NCBI GenBank assembly: GCA_041653955.1
Contig: JBAZEH010000004.1
Span: 5,191 to 69,190, forward strand
Direction: 5' to 3'
DNA: 64,000 nucleotides
Source: Candidatus Omnitrophota bacterium
GTDB taxonomy: Bacteria > Omnitrophota > Gorgyraeia > Gygaellales > Profunditerraquicolaceae
The notes below the pieces were generated by a model. The model made no database searches. It worked only from the letters and a program-made list of their open reading frames with translations, and was not told the origin of the DNA. Position numbers and translations under genes: made by a program. Each line of letters begins with the position of its first letter. The stretch's first letter is position 1. Positions 49,580 to 59,009 of this stretch are shown here, piece after piece.

Positions 49580-50104
49580 ATGGAAGACCGCGGCCAGTTA
49601 GAGTTATTTTCGCAGGCAAAGGGGGATATCCAGGTAAAGACGCGCGTCCCGGGCACCTTCAGGCTGCGGATATCCAAATATGAAAAAACTATCCTTTTTG
49701 TCATAGTTTTCGCGTTAATAAGCATCATATCTTTTTCTCTTGGGGTAGAAAAAGGCAGGAAATCAGCGCTCTTGAAAGTATCCGCCCCAAAGTTTGACCT
49801 GGCTGTAAAACAGCAGGCCCAGCCGGCACTCCCCGCTCCCGAAAAAAAACAGCAGGCAGAAGAGAAAAGCGGGCTTCAGGAATATATAGACAGCTATACG
49901 ATACAGGTAGCGTCTTTTTCAAAGAGGGTGAACGCGCAGAAGGAAGCCGATAACCTGAAAAAGAAAGGCTTGTCTGCGCTTGTATTAGTAAAGGGTAAGT
50001 TCAGCATCGTATGCGTTGGGAACTTCTCAAACAAGGAAGAAGCGGAATCGTTTCTGCCAAAACTAAGAAAGCAATATCAGGATTGCCGTATAAGGAGGTT
50101 ATGA
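49580..50104 (+). CDS. SPOR-domain (septal peptidoglycan-binding) membrane protein
   Basis: N-terminal TM segment; C-terminal SPOR fold (YTIQVASFSKRVNAQKEADNLKKKG). Confidence 0.7.
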   Translation: MEDRGQLELFSQAKGDIQVKTRVPGTFRLRISKYEKTILFVIVFALISIISFSLGVEKGRKSALLKVSAPKFDLAVKQQAQPALPAPEKKQQAEEKSGLQEYIDSYTIQVASFSKRVNAQKEADNLKKKGLSALVLVKGKFSIVCVGNFSNKEEAESFLPKLRKQYQDCRIRRL

Positions 50105-50108
50105 GTTT

Positions 50109-50381
50109 ATGTCCATACATCCATCATTAAAATCATCAGCCAAAGACAAAAAACAACAGTCTGTAATGAAGCGCTCCGAGCGCTTAAGGATCATGCAGGA
50201 AAAGGAAGAGTGGAAGCCCGGGGATAAAGTATTCGGCCTCCCCAAGATAAAGACCATAAAGATAAAGGTCAAGAAAGAAAAGACAGCGGAGAAACCCGCG
50301 GAGGGAGCAGCTGAAGGTGCAGCCCCTGCCGCAGGCGCGGCAAAAGAGCAGGCCCCTGCTAAAGGCGCCGCCAAGAAATAA
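50109..50381 (+). CDS. small basic protein with an Ala/Lys-rich histone-H1-like tail, unknown function
   Basis: 90 aa; pI clearly basic; AAPAAGAAKEQAPAKGAAKK. Confidence 0.45.
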   Translation: MSIHPSLKSSAKDKKQQSVMKRSERLRIMQEKEEWKPGDKVFGLPKIKTIKIKVKKEKTAEKPAEGAAEGAAPAAGAAKEQAPAKGAAKK

Positions 50382-51196
50382 TGCCCTTACTGAATAAGAT
50401 ACTTATATGCGCTGCGGGTATACTGTTCATCCCGCTCGCCTCATTCGCGGCAAAAGAACAGGCGCCTATAGAACAGCCGGAGGCGGCTATGCCTGCCCCC
50501 ATACAAAAGCCCATCTTATTCCAGGGAGAGGTAACCTCTGATAATATAAACGTCCGCGCCGATTCAACTGTCAGCTCTGATATGATCTGCGAGATCAATG
50601 AAGGGGATACGGTTGAGGTAATAAAAGAAGTTTACGAGTGGTATAAGATACGCCTGCCCAAGAGCGCTCCCGCTTATATCAGCAGGAACCTGGTTGAGCC
50701 GATCGACGGAAAAACCGCGAAGGTTAAGAAGAATAATGTAAATATACGCCTCAAGCCTGACCTTGCGGCGCCCATACTCGGGCGGGTGAATAAAAATGAG
50801 GTGATCAAGCTGGCCGAAGAGCTGGTCGGCTGGTATAAGATAGAACCTCCCAGCGGGGCCTCCGGCTGGGTGCATAAGAATTTCATCGTCAAGGCTGACC
50901 CTGCCAAGGGAAAGAAAAAAGAAGAGGCGAATTTAGCCGGTAAAACCGATGAGGAGTCCGCCGAAACAATGGGTATCTCCGTTGAAGGTGTTATCAAACC
51001 GTACGGGAGGGTATTCAGGCGGGTAGCCACGCATAAGCTCATTACCGAGGATAAAAAAATATTTTTATTAAAGGGGAGCAGGTCAAGCCTTGACAGCCTT
51101 AATAACAACAGGGTAAAAGTAACCGGCAAACTGGACCGCGAAGAACATCACAAGTACCCTGTCATTGAAATACAAAAGATAGAGGCCCTGGATTGA
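50381..51196 (+). CDS. secreted protein with tandem bacterial SH3 (SH3b) domains
   Basis: Signal peptide; repeated GW..WYKI SH3b-like modules. Confidence 0.65.
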   Translation: MPLLNKILICAAGILFIPLASFAAKEQAPIEQPEAAMPAPIQKPILFQGEVTSDNINVRADSTVSSDMICEINEGDTVEVIKEVYEWYKIRLPKSAPAYISRNLVEPIDGKTAKVKKNNVNIRLKPDLAAPILGRVNKNEVIKLAEELVGWYKIEPPSGASGWVHKNFIVKADPAKGKKKEEANLAGKTDEESAETMGISVEGVIKPYGRVFRRVATHKLITEDKKIFLLKGSRSSLDSLNNNRVKVTGKLDREEHHKYPVIEIQKIEALD

Positions 51197-51822
51197 ATTT
51201 AGCAGGCCTGTTAATATCCTTCCTGGCGTCTTTCATCCTCCTTATGATAGCTATGACAGTCCATGAATTCTCTCATGGCTGGGTAGCGAACAAACTCGGG
51301 GACCCTACCGCGAAATATTCCGGCAGGCTCACCCTTAACCCTCTTGCCCATATAGACCCGATGTGGACCTTTCTCCTGCCTCTTTTCCTTTTTATCAGCA
51401 CGGGCGGCAGGTTTATATTCGGGGCGGCAAAACCTGTCCCCGTCAATTACCACGCCTTAAAGAACCCCAAAAGAGATATGATCCTTATAGGCGCAAGCGG
51501 TCCGTTGGCTAATTTTATCCTGGCATTCTTGCTAAGTTTACCGCTAAGGGCAGTTCACCTCGCGCCTGTGGCAGCAATCATGATAGCAAACCTGATAGTC
51601 ATAAATGTCGTGCTGGGGGTATTCAACCTTATACCTTTGCCTCCCCTTGACGGCTCCAGGATACTGATGGGCATATTGCCCGAGGGGCTGGCGCGCCAGT
51701 ATGCCGCTATTGAACCTTACGGATTTATTATCCTTATCGCGTTCCTGTGGCTCGGTATTTTTGGCCGCCTGATCTGGCCCATAGTCAACCTTATAATCAG
51801 ATTGATGGGGATATCATTCTAA
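51193..51822 (+). CDS. site-2 protease-family (M50) membrane metalloprotease
   Basis: HEFSHGW zincin motif within a TM segment. Confidence 0.8.
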   Translation: MNLAGLLISFLASFILLMIAMTVHEFSHGWVANKLGDPTAKYSGRLTLNPLAHIDPMWTFLLPLFLFISTGGRFIFGAAKPVPVNYHALKNPKRDMILIGASGPLANFILAFLLSLPLRAVHLAPVAAIMIANLIVINVVLGVFNLIPLPPLDGSRILMGILPEGLARQYAAIEPYGFIILIAFLWLGIFGRLIWPIVNLIIRLMGISF

Positions 51823-51826
51823 AAAT

Positions 51827-52912
51827 ATGCGCAGATTAAGAGTCAACCTGAAAAAACGCTCATACGATATCGTAATCGGCCCTGATATATTAAAGCGCCT
51901 GGGGAAAGAGGCGCGCGCGCTGAATCTGGGGCGCGACGCCTACGTGGTCACCAACGCTTTTATAAAGAATAAATACGGCGCTGCGCTGGATAAAGCCCTG
52001 AAGGGCGCCGGTTTTACCGTAAGATTCAGGAGCGTGCCTGACAGCGAGAAAAGCAAATCCATACAGGTCGCTTACACCCTGATAAATGATATAACATCAT
52101 ACGACAGTAAGAAGAGTATCTTTATCATTGCTTTAGGAGGGGGCGTGATCGGAGACCTGGCAGGATTTATCGCCTCCATTTACAAACGCGGGATCCCTTA
52201 TATACAGGTCCCCACAACTCTCCTGGCGCAGGTAGATTCCGCGATAGGGGGTAAGACCGCGGTAGATTTAAACCGGGGGAAAAACCTCGTAGGGGCATTC
52301 TATCAGCCGCGCCTGGTATTAAGCGACGTAAAGACGCTTAAGACGCTGGATAAAAGACAGGTGAAAAGCGGCCTGGCAGAAATAATAAAATACGGGCTGA
52401 TAAAAGACCCGGTTTTATTTACTTACCTTGAGAAACATTACCGCGATATCCTCGCGCTGAAACAGAAGGCATTGGAGTTTGTGATAACGCGCTCAAGCGG
52501 GATAAAGGCTGCAGTCGTAGAGCGGGATGAGCGCGAAACAAAGGGATTGCGCACTATCCTTAACTTCGGTCACACCATAGGCCACGCCATAGAGGCAGCC
52601 GGAAGATTCAAAAGATATAATCATGGGGAAGCAGTTGCGCTGGGGATACTTGTAGCTGCCCAGATAAGCAAAGAGCTTAAACTCACAGGCGAACCGGTGC
52701 TAAAAAGGATAAGAAAACTGACCGGCCTGGCCGGGTTACCCGTTAAAATAAAAAATATACCTGCTGCCGGGATTATAAAGGCGCACTACCGCGATAAAAA
52801 ATTCATAGGCCCAGAAAACAGGTTTGTCCTCATTAAAGGTATCGGCAGGGTAAAGGTAGTTAAGAATATCCCGCTTGATATTATCAGGAAGGCGTTAAAG
52901 AAGCTCTATTAA
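51827..52912 (+). CDS. aroB: 3-dehydroquinate synthase
   Basis: 361 aa; GGGVIGDLAGF NAD motif and metal ligands. Confidence 0.9.
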   Translation: MRRLRVNLKKRSYDIVIGPDILKRLGKEARALNLGRDAYVVTNAFIKNKYGAALDKALKGAGFTVRFRSVPDSEKSKSIQVAYTLINDITSYDSKKSIFIIALGGGVIGDLAGFIASIYKRGIPYIQVPTTLLAQVDSAIGGKTAVDLNRGKNLVGAFYQPRLVLSDVKTLKTLDKRQVKSGLAEIIKYGLIKDPVLFTYLEKHYRDILALKQKALEFVITRSSGIKAAVVERDERETKGLRTILNFGHTIGHAIEAAGRFKRYNHGEAVALGILVAAQISKELKLTGEPVLKRIRKLTGLAGLPVKIKNIPAAGIIKAHYRDKKFIGPENRFVLIKGIGRVKVVKNIPLDIIRKALKKLY

Positions 52913-52934
52913 ATAGCGCCTACCTTGCGCTATT
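52912..52934. terminator. short GC-rich hairpin between the convergent aroB and gspB genes
   Basis: atagcgc-ctacctt-gcgctat inverted repeat. Confidence 0.35.
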
Positions 52935-53390
52935 CAGAAGTTTTATACCCGCCCCGTCAAATTCCAGGTCCACTTCGTCTGCGGTTATCTTTAATACTGT
53001 CGCCCCGTCTATATTGTCTCCGGGCTCTACCACGCGGTTATTTATCAGGGCGTAGCTTCCGTCGTCGGCATAAAATATCCCGTTCAGCACAAAAGACGGG
53101 GTAGGCTGCGGAGCTTCAGGGGGAGCGGGCACTGCCTCAACAGCAGGCGCGGGAGGAGGCGGGAGGGGCTGGGCAGGAGGAACAGCCTCAACAACAGGAG
53201 GCGCCTGCACCGGAGGTTTTGGCGCCAGCTGCCGATAAGAAAGATTCACTATAAAAAACACCGTTACCAAAACTAATATTAAAAGCAAATAGCTCCTGCG
53301 TTTGTTCCCGGGGCGCCTTTCTGTTTTTGCGGCCGTGTTCGCGCCTTGGGATAATTCCACTTTTTTTAACGCGTCATATATTATGCTCAT
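52920..53390 (-). CDS. GspB/ExeB-like protein
   Basis: MSIIYDALKK N-terminus, one TM segment, Pro-rich linker, C-terminal domain; overlaps exeA. Confidence 0.65.
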   Translation of the reverse strand: MSIIYDALKKVELSQGANTAAKTERRPGNKRRSYLLLILVLVTVFFIVNLSYRQLAPKPPVQAPPVVEAVPPAQPLPPPPAPAVEAVPAPPEAPQPTPSFVLNGIFYADDGSYALINNRVVEPGDNIDGATVLKITADEVDLEFDGAGIKLLNSAR

Positions 53391-54211
53391 TGGGCATGAT
53401 CCGCAGAATAAGTTCCCAGCTCTTTAAGGCACATATCTATGATGCTCCGGCCTATGGCTTTTTTCTCCGCCACAAACCCGGCAAGGAGCGCGCGGTCACA
53501 GATTATATTGACAAGGCGGGGGACCCCCGATGAAAAATCAGATATCATCCTGACCGCGTCCTCATCAAAACTTACGCTGCTGCCGGCCCCTGCCACACGC
53601 AAGCGATGATTTATATATTCGCCGACCTCTTCGCGCATAAGGGGGGCAATATGGTACCTGACCATTATCCTTTGGCGTACCTGGCGCAGCTCATACAGGT
53701 TGAGCTTACTGTTTAATTCCGGCTGGCCCATTAATACTATCTGCATAAGCTTATCTTTTTCGGTCTCAAGGTTTGACAATAGGCGCACCTGCTCCAATGC
53801 CGCGGGCTTAAGGTTTTGCGCCTCATCTATTATCAGAACGACATTCCCTCCGGCCTTGGATTCACTTAAAAGAAAATTATTAAGCTCGCGGACGATAGAT
53901 AACCTTGACTTGTTTTTTACCTTAAGGCCGAAGTCATTGGCTATCGCCTCCAGCAGTTCTATTTCGGAAAAATAAGGGTTAAGTATAAAGGCGGTCTTGA
54001 TATCCCGCGGGAGTTGTTTCAGCAAGAAGCGGCATAAGGTGGTTTTTCCGGTGCCTATCTCTCCGGTAACGGCCACTATCCCTTTTCTCTGTGTTACGCC
54101 GTAAAAGAGGTGAGAGAGGGCTTCTTTGTGTTTTTTACTTAAGAAAAAGAAGGCGGGATCGGAAGTTACGTTGAATGGCCTTTCTTTGAGACCATAAAAT
54201 TGGCAATACAT
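53387..54211 (-). CDS. ExeA/GspA-like AAA ATPase (short form without a peptidoglycan-binding domain)
   Basis: 274 aa; MYCQFYGLKERPF N-terminus; Walker A GEIGTGKTT. Confidence 0.8.
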   Translation of the reverse strand: MYCQFYGLKERPFNVTSDPAFFFLSKKHKEALSHLFYGVTQRKGIVAVTGEIGTGKTTLCRFLLKQLPRDIKTAFILNPYFSEIELLEAIANDFGLKVKNKSRLSIVRELNNFLLSESKAGGNVVLIIDEAQNLKPAALEQVRLLSNLETEKDKLMQIVLMGQPELNSKLNLYELRQVRQRIMVRYHIAPLMREEVGEYINHRLRVAGAGSSVSFDEDAVRMISDFSSGVPRLVNIICDRALLAGFVAEKKAIGRSIIDMCLKELGTYSADHAQ

Positions 54212-54252
54212 GATATCTGATTATAGCAAAAATATCCCTTTTGTAAAGTATT

Positions 54253-54287
54253 TGACATAGGTGTAAATATATGCTATATTTTCAGAT
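54253..54287 (+). promoter_or_regulatory. sigma70-like promoter (TTGACA, 17 nt, TATATT) in the divergent exeA/micro-ORF intergenic region
   Basis: ttgacataggtgtaaatatatgctatatt read directly. Confidence 0.55.
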
Positions 54288-54338
54288 TAGAATCAGCGAT
54301 AAACCGATAAAAAACATAATATAAAGGGAGAAGGATCA

Positions 54339-54506
54339 ATGGCAGACGAAGCGGCAAAACCGGCAGAAGAGAAGCAGACTAATTGCCTGGCTTGCAATAA
54401 ACCTATCAGAAAACTGCAAAGGTATTACCGTAACGGTAAATTCTATTGCAATAAAAGATGCTGGCGCAAGGCAACCCAGAAACCAAAGGAAGAAGAAAAG
54501 GCATGA
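54339..54506 (+). CDS. 55-aa zinc-ribbon micro-protein (CxxC...CxxxC); missing from the ORF track
   Basis: MADEAAKPAEEKQTNCLACNKPIRKLQRYYRNGKFYCNKRCWRK...; RBS aagggagaagg; its stop overlaps the PilZ ATG. Confidence 0.5.
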   Translation: MADEAAKPAEEKQTNCLACNKPIRKLQRYYRNGKFYCNKRCWRKATQKPKEEEKA

Positions 54507-54865
54507 AAGGCAAAGGCTCGGAAAGAAGGCAATATCCCAGGATAGAGCAAAACCTCCCTATAAAAATAGCGGCTGACGGATATGATTTTATTACAAGCAC
54601 CCGTAACGTAAGCTGCGTGGGGGCGTATTGCCACCTGGATAAATATATACCGCCCTTCACCAAGATATCCGTTAAATTAAACCTTCCAGTAATGGCAGAA
54701 GGTAAAATGCAAAATATAGAAGTGGATTGTAACGGCGTTGTTGTCCGCAGCGAAGACCAGAAGGACGGGGGCTTCAATATCGCCGTTTTCTTCAACCATA
54801 TAACCGACAACCAGCGCAAGAAGATATCCCAATACGTCAGTCAATTCTTACCTAAAAGCTCCTAA
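54503..54865 (+). CDS. PilZ-domain c-di-GMP receptor (start at MKGKGSERRQYPR)
   Basis: RxxxR (RRQYPR) motif with the DG-containing beta-barrel. Confidence 0.72.
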   Translation: MKGKGSERRQYPRIEQNLPIKIAADGYDFITSTRNVSCVGAYCHLDKYIPPFTKISVKLNLPVMAEGKMQNIEVDCNGVVVRSEDQKDGGFNIAVFFNHITDNQRKKISQYVSQFLPKSS

Positions 54866-54880
54866 ACCCCCTGCAAGGCT

Positions 54881-55408
54881 GTGGGAAAGATAAGAGACTC
54901 TCATCCCGCTAAACTTATCATCGGTTTAATCTTCCGTAACGAACAGGTATTCAATAAGGCAAAAACCCTTCTGGAGAAACAGTTCGGCAAGGCGGACTTC
55001 ATAAGCCCGGCGTTCCCGTTTACCCATACCGACTACTACAAGGCTGAATTCGGAAGCGATCTTAAGAGAAGGTTCCTTAGCTTTAAAAAACTGATAGGCC
55101 CCCACCAGCTTCCCCGTATAAAATTAAAGGCGAATTCCATAGAAAAGAAACTCTCAAAAGGAGGGAGGCGCCTTATCAATATTGACCCGGGATACCTTGA
55201 TATGGCAAAACTCATACTTGCCTCTACCAAAGACTACTGCCACCGTATATACCTGGATAAAGGCATATACGCCGAGACAACACTTATTTATCGCGATAAA
55301 AGTTTTATTCCCTGCGAGTGGACATACCTTGATTACAGTTCCCCCGGCTATATTGGGATATTCAACAGTATAAGGGAGATATATGCCTGCCAGACCGGTA
55401 TTAAGTAA
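54881..55408 (+). CDS. DUF4416-family protein (GTG start)
   Basis: 175 aa; family resemblance. Confidence 0.55.
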   Translation: MGKIRDSHPAKLIIGLIFRNEQVFNKAKTLLEKQFGKADFISPAFPFTHTDYYKAEFGSDLKRRFLSFKKLIGPHQLPRIKLKANSIEKKLSKGGRRLINIDPGYLDMAKLILASTKDYCHRIYLDKGIYAETTLIYRDKSFIPCEWTYLDYSSPGYIGIFNSIREIYACQTGIK

Positions 55409-56138
55409 GATTATTTTATCGTTATCCCTGGTTTTTCTCTTGAGCGGATGCGTCACTATCTATAACCCCGCGACCCAGAAAACAGAGACCCTGCTGATAA
55501 ATACCGAAAGCGAGGTTGCCTTGGGCCGCGATATGGATAAGGAGATATCCCGCAAGCTGAAGATAATGAGCGACCCCCAAAGGCAGGCGAGGCTGGATAA
55601 TATCTCTGCCAGGATAGCTGCTGCTTCCGACAGGCAGGACCTCACCTACCATTTTAAAGTGATTGATGATAAGGAGTTTAACGCCTTCGCGGCTCCGGGA
55701 GGGTTCATCTACGTGAATAAAGGGCTTATGGATTCCGCTACCGACGATGAACTCGCCTGCGTCCTCGCCCACGAAGTAGGGCATGTAGCGGCGCGCCACA
55801 GCGTAAAACAGATGCAGGCAGGCCTGGGATATCAACTTATTATGGCTATTGTCCTTGGGGTAAGCGGGCAGGAAACGATCGTCCGGGCAACGAATATCAT
55901 TTACAACCTCGGAAGCCTGGGTTACAGCCGCGAGGATGAGTTGTTCGCGGATAAACTGGCGGTAAGGTACGCCAAAAGGGCGGGCTTTAACCCTTACGGG
56001 ATGGTCACTTTCTTCAAGAAGATGCAGGTGGAAGCGAAGAAAAAGGGAGGGGTATTAAATATTGAGATATTCAGCTCCCATCCCGATATGGCCAAAAGGA
56101 TAGAATATACAAAAAAAGAGATCGCCTCTAACCATTAA
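55383..56138 (+). CDS. M48-family zinc metalloprotease lipoprotein
   Basis: LSGC lipobox; HEVGH motif. Confidence 0.82.
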   Translation: MPARPVLSKIILSLSLVFLLSGCVTIYNPATQKTETLLINTESEVALGRDMDKEISRKLKIMSDPQRQARLDNISARIAAASDRQDLTYHFKVIDDKEFNAFAAPGGFIYVNKGLMDSATDDELACVLAHEVGHVAARHSVKQMQAGLGYQLIMAIVLGVSGQETIVRATNIIYNLGSLGYSREDELFADKLAVRYAKRAGFNPYGMVTFFKKMQVEAKKKGGVLNIEIFSSHPDMAKRIEYTKKEIASNH

Positions 56139-56141
56139 TAT

Positions 56142-57095
56142 ATGTATCCTGCGTATTTAGAATCATATAATAACGGCAAACTCGCCCGCCTCGTAGAAGA
56201 GGCATACGGGCTCCTTGAGTCCTGCCGTATATGCCCGCGCCTTTGTAAAGTGAACCGCCTGAAAGACGAAAAAGGTTTCTGTAAAACAGGCCAAAGGATA
56301 AGGGTGTGCAGTTTTATGGCCCACCATGGAGAAGAGCCCCCGATATCGGGAGAGCGCGGTTCAGGGGCTGTATTTTTCTCGGGGTGCAATATGGCATGCT
56401 CCTATTGCCAGAATTTTGAATTCAGCCAGTCAGGGGAAGGAAAGGAAGTTGAGCCCAAGGTACTGGCAGGTTTTATGCTGCAACTGCAGAATAATGGGTG
56501 CCACAATATAAACCTGGTCACCCCTACCCATATTATGCCGCAAATATTAAAAGCCCTTGCTATTGCTATACCCGGGGGCCTTAATATACCGCTCGTCTAT
56601 AATACCGGAGGATATGAGCTCCCCGAGATGATCAGGCTGCTGGAGGGTATAGTGGATATATACCTTCCTGATATGCGCTACGCGGGCAATCAGGAGGCGC
56701 TTAAATATTCTTGCGCTCCCGATTACCCTAAATACAACCAGGAAGCGTTAAAGGAGATGCACAGGCAGGTAGGAACAGCCAGAATCGGCGCTAACGGGAT
56801 CATAAAAAGAGGCCTGGTCATAAGGCATCTGGTCCTGCCGGAAAATATATCCGGCACCACTAAAATAATGAAATTCATAGCAGAGGAGCTCTCAAAAGAT
56901 ACATATATAAGCCTTATGAGCCAATATTCCCCGTATTATAAGGCAAAGGCGCTTGAGGGGCTCGCCCGCCGCGTTACAGCCAAGGAATATGAGAGCGCGA
57001 AGAATGCAATGGAGAAATACGGGCTGCACAATGGGTGGACGCAGGAAGACGGAGGGTTAGAGCGGTTCGCGGGCACCAATATAAAACCGATATGA
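56142..57095 (+). CDS. AmmeMemoRadiSam-system radical SAM enzyme (PFL-activase-like)
   Basis: CNMACSYCQN CxxxCxxC motif; family N-terminus. Confidence 0.82.
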   Translation: MYPAYLESYNNGKLARLVEEAYGLLESCRICPRLCKVNRLKDEKGFCKTGQRIRVCSFMAHHGEEPPISGERGSGAVFFSGCNMACSYCQNFEFSQSGEGKEVEPKVLAGFMLQLQNNGCHNINLVTPTHIMPQILKALAIAIPGGLNIPLVYNTGGYELPEMIRLLEGIVDIYLPDMRYAGNQEALKYSCAPDYPKYNQEALKEMHRQVGTARIGANGIIKRGLVIRHLVLPENISGTTKIMKFIAEELSKDTYISLMSQYSPYYKAKALEGLARRVTAKEYESAKNAMEKYGLHNGWTQEDGGLERFAGTNIKPI

Positions 57096-57538
57096 TAAAA
57101 CGGTTCCTAAAGATCATCTACGAGAAACTCTTTAAGATAAATGATACCCCGCAAAGGATAGCGCTCGGATTAGGCGTAGGGGTTTTTATGGGGCTTATCC
57201 CGGGGACAGGCCCGATAGCCTCGGTATTTGTGGCCGCTGCCTTGCGCGTAAACCGCGCTGCCGCGCTCTTAGGAAGCCTCCTTACCAATACCTGGGTAAG
57301 TGTCCTTACATTCTTCTTGTCAATCAAGATAGGTTCGGCTATAATGAAAGTAGACTGGCAGCAGGCGCAAGAGGCCTGGTTTGAGTTCCTTAAGGGTTTC
57401 CGTTTTGCGGCGCTCTTTAAAACAACTACCCTGAATGTGCTCCTGCCGGTGATAGCAGGTTACGCGGTAGTCGGCTTTTTTCTCGCGGCAATAACATATT
57501 TGGCCGCCCTGGCCGCGATAAAACTATTTAAAAAATGA
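57092..57538 (+). CDS. DUF2062-family membrane protein (start at MIKRFLK; ATGA overlap with the upstream gene)
   Basis: Family resemblance; three TM segments. Confidence 0.6.
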   Translation: MIKRFLKIIYEKLFKINDTPQRIALGLGVGVFMGLIPGTGPIASVFVAAALRVNRAAALLGSLLTNTWVSVLTFFLSIKIGSAIMKVDWQQAQEAWFEFLKGFRFAALFKTTTLNVLLPVIAGYAVVGFFLAAITYLAALAAIKLFKK

Positions 57539-57765
57539 AAATAAGGGCTGAATTGACATTTCCCGCGGGGCTGAAAGATAAGCCTATAATCTGCGATATC
57601 TGCAAGAAGTTTGATATCGTAATGAATATAGTGGAGGCTTCATTTTCCACTGAAACAGGATGGTCGATACTGGTTCTGGGGGGCGCCGAACAGGAAATAG
57701 AGAAGGTGCTCAAATATCTCAAAGATACCGGAGTTATAATCGGCGAAACCCTGAATATCGCCTGA
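57535..57765 (+). CDS. standalone NIL-domain protein (76 aa)
   Basis: Resembles the MetN C-terminal NIL domain; overlaps the upstream gene. Confidence 0.55.
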   Translation: MKIRAELTFPAGLKDKPIICDICKKFDIVMNIVEASFSTETGWSILVLGGAEQEIEKVLKYLKDTGVIIGETLNIA

Positions 57766-57781
57766 AATAATCACTTTATTT

Positions 57782-58537
57782 ATGCCTAAAAACAAGACAT
57801 TGCAGTTGACGCTCTTTTTGCCTTTACTCATAGCAATATTCGCTTCTTTGTTCTTTTTGAGGGCGTGTATAAACTCCTACTTGGACACTAATAAAAGCAA
57901 GGCAAAGAAAGATTCCTCTCCTTATGCCGGAGAGAAAATAAGATACGACGTAAAGATGGGGATGTTATCCCTGGGAAGGGCGGAATCCATCAACCTGCCG
58001 GGTGAAAAACTGGACGGAAAGCAGGTAAACGTTATGACTATGGATACCAAACTGACTAACTTTACGGACAACGAGAAGATATACAGCGACCCCCAAACCC
58101 TCCTCCCCATAAGGGTAGAGCGGGATATCCTCAATTTCATGAACCGCGAGAGGATAATCGAGGATTACGACCAGGAGAATTTTACCGTCACCATCATTAA
58201 GCATAAAGGCGCCAAAGAGCAAAAATTTGTCATAAAAAAAGACAGCACTATCCATAACGCCGTGCTCCTGCCTTACTATGTGCGGCGCATACCCAAGCTG
58301 GATGTGGGCAGGGTGATCGTGGCTAATCTGCCTACCCGCCGGATAGAGGTGAGGTTAGATTCCATAGAAGATATAACGGTCCCTGCCGGGACCTTTAAGG
58401 CTTATCATTTTACCAGTTCCCCGAGGCAGATAGAGATATGGATAAGCGCCGATGAACGCAGGATACCCCTTAAGATACAGGGAGGAGGGCCGTTCAGGTA
58501 TTATCTTGTAATGAACTCTTACACACCCCCCTCTTAA
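57782..58537 (+). CDS. DUF3108-family secreted/periplasmic protein
   Basis: 251 aa; signal/TM segment; family resemblance. Confidence 0.55.
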   Translation: MPKNKTLQLTLFLPLLIAIFASLFFLRACINSYLDTNKSKAKKDSSPYAGEKIRYDVKMGMLSLGRAESINLPGEKLDGKQVNVMTMDTKLTNFTDNEKIYSDPQTLLPIRVERDILNFMNRERIIEDYDQENFTVTIIKHKGAKEQKFVIKKDSTIHNAVLLPYYVRRIPKLDVGRVIVANLPTRRIEVRLDSIEDITVPAGTFKAYHFTSSPRQIEIWISADERRIPLKIQGGGPFRYYLVMNSYTPPS

Positions 58538-58547
58538 GCATATAAAA

Positions 58548-58973
58548 ATGTTATCCGGTATAAGTAAATTAAAAGAGGCGCAGTTAGCGGTAAAAATGAA
58601 GCGCCTCGGCATCCGCGAAAATGACATAGAAGAGAAATTCATCCGTTCAGGCGGCAAAGGGGGCCAGAACGTTAATAAGGTAGCGACCTGCGTTTATCTA
58701 AGGCATATCCCTACCGGTATAGAAGTCAAGTGCCAGAGGGAGCGCTACCAGGGGATGAACAGGTTCCTTGCCAGGAGGATACTCGCCGGTAAAGTAGAAA
58801 CGCTGTTACTGGGCAAATTATCGGAAGAGAAAAAAAGAATAGCAAAGATAAGAAAACAAAAACAAAGGCGCTCTAAGCGGGCAAAGGAAAAGATCCTGCG
58901 CTTTAAAAGAGAGCGTTCCGAAAAGAAAAAATTACGCTCATCAATAAACAGGGACAGCGCCTACTTATTATAA
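58548..58973 (+). CDS. arfB: alternative ribosome-rescue factor ArfB (peptidyl-tRNA hydrolase, GGQ domain)
   Basis: 141 aa; [16 protein letters not shown] motif plus a basic C-terminal tail. Confidence 0.85.
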   Translation: MLSGISKLKEAQLAVKMKRLGIRENDIEEKFIRSGGKGGQNVNKVATCVYLRHIPTGIEVKCQRERYQGMNRFLARRILAGKVETLLLGKLSEEKKRIAKIRKQKQRRSKRAKEKILRFKRERSEKKKLRSSINRDSAYLL

Positions 58974-59009
58974 ATAAACCGGGACCAGGGGTACAAAAAG
59001 GAGGAATGG

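Noticed and set aside
54458-54502. Upstream GTG start for the PilZ gene (ORF track 54458)
   Set aside because: The N-terminal extension MLAQGNPETKGRRKG is unsupported and would overlap the zinc-ribbon micro-ORF; ATG 54503 gives a PilZ protein beginning just before the RRQYPR motif. Kept as an alternative in the findings.
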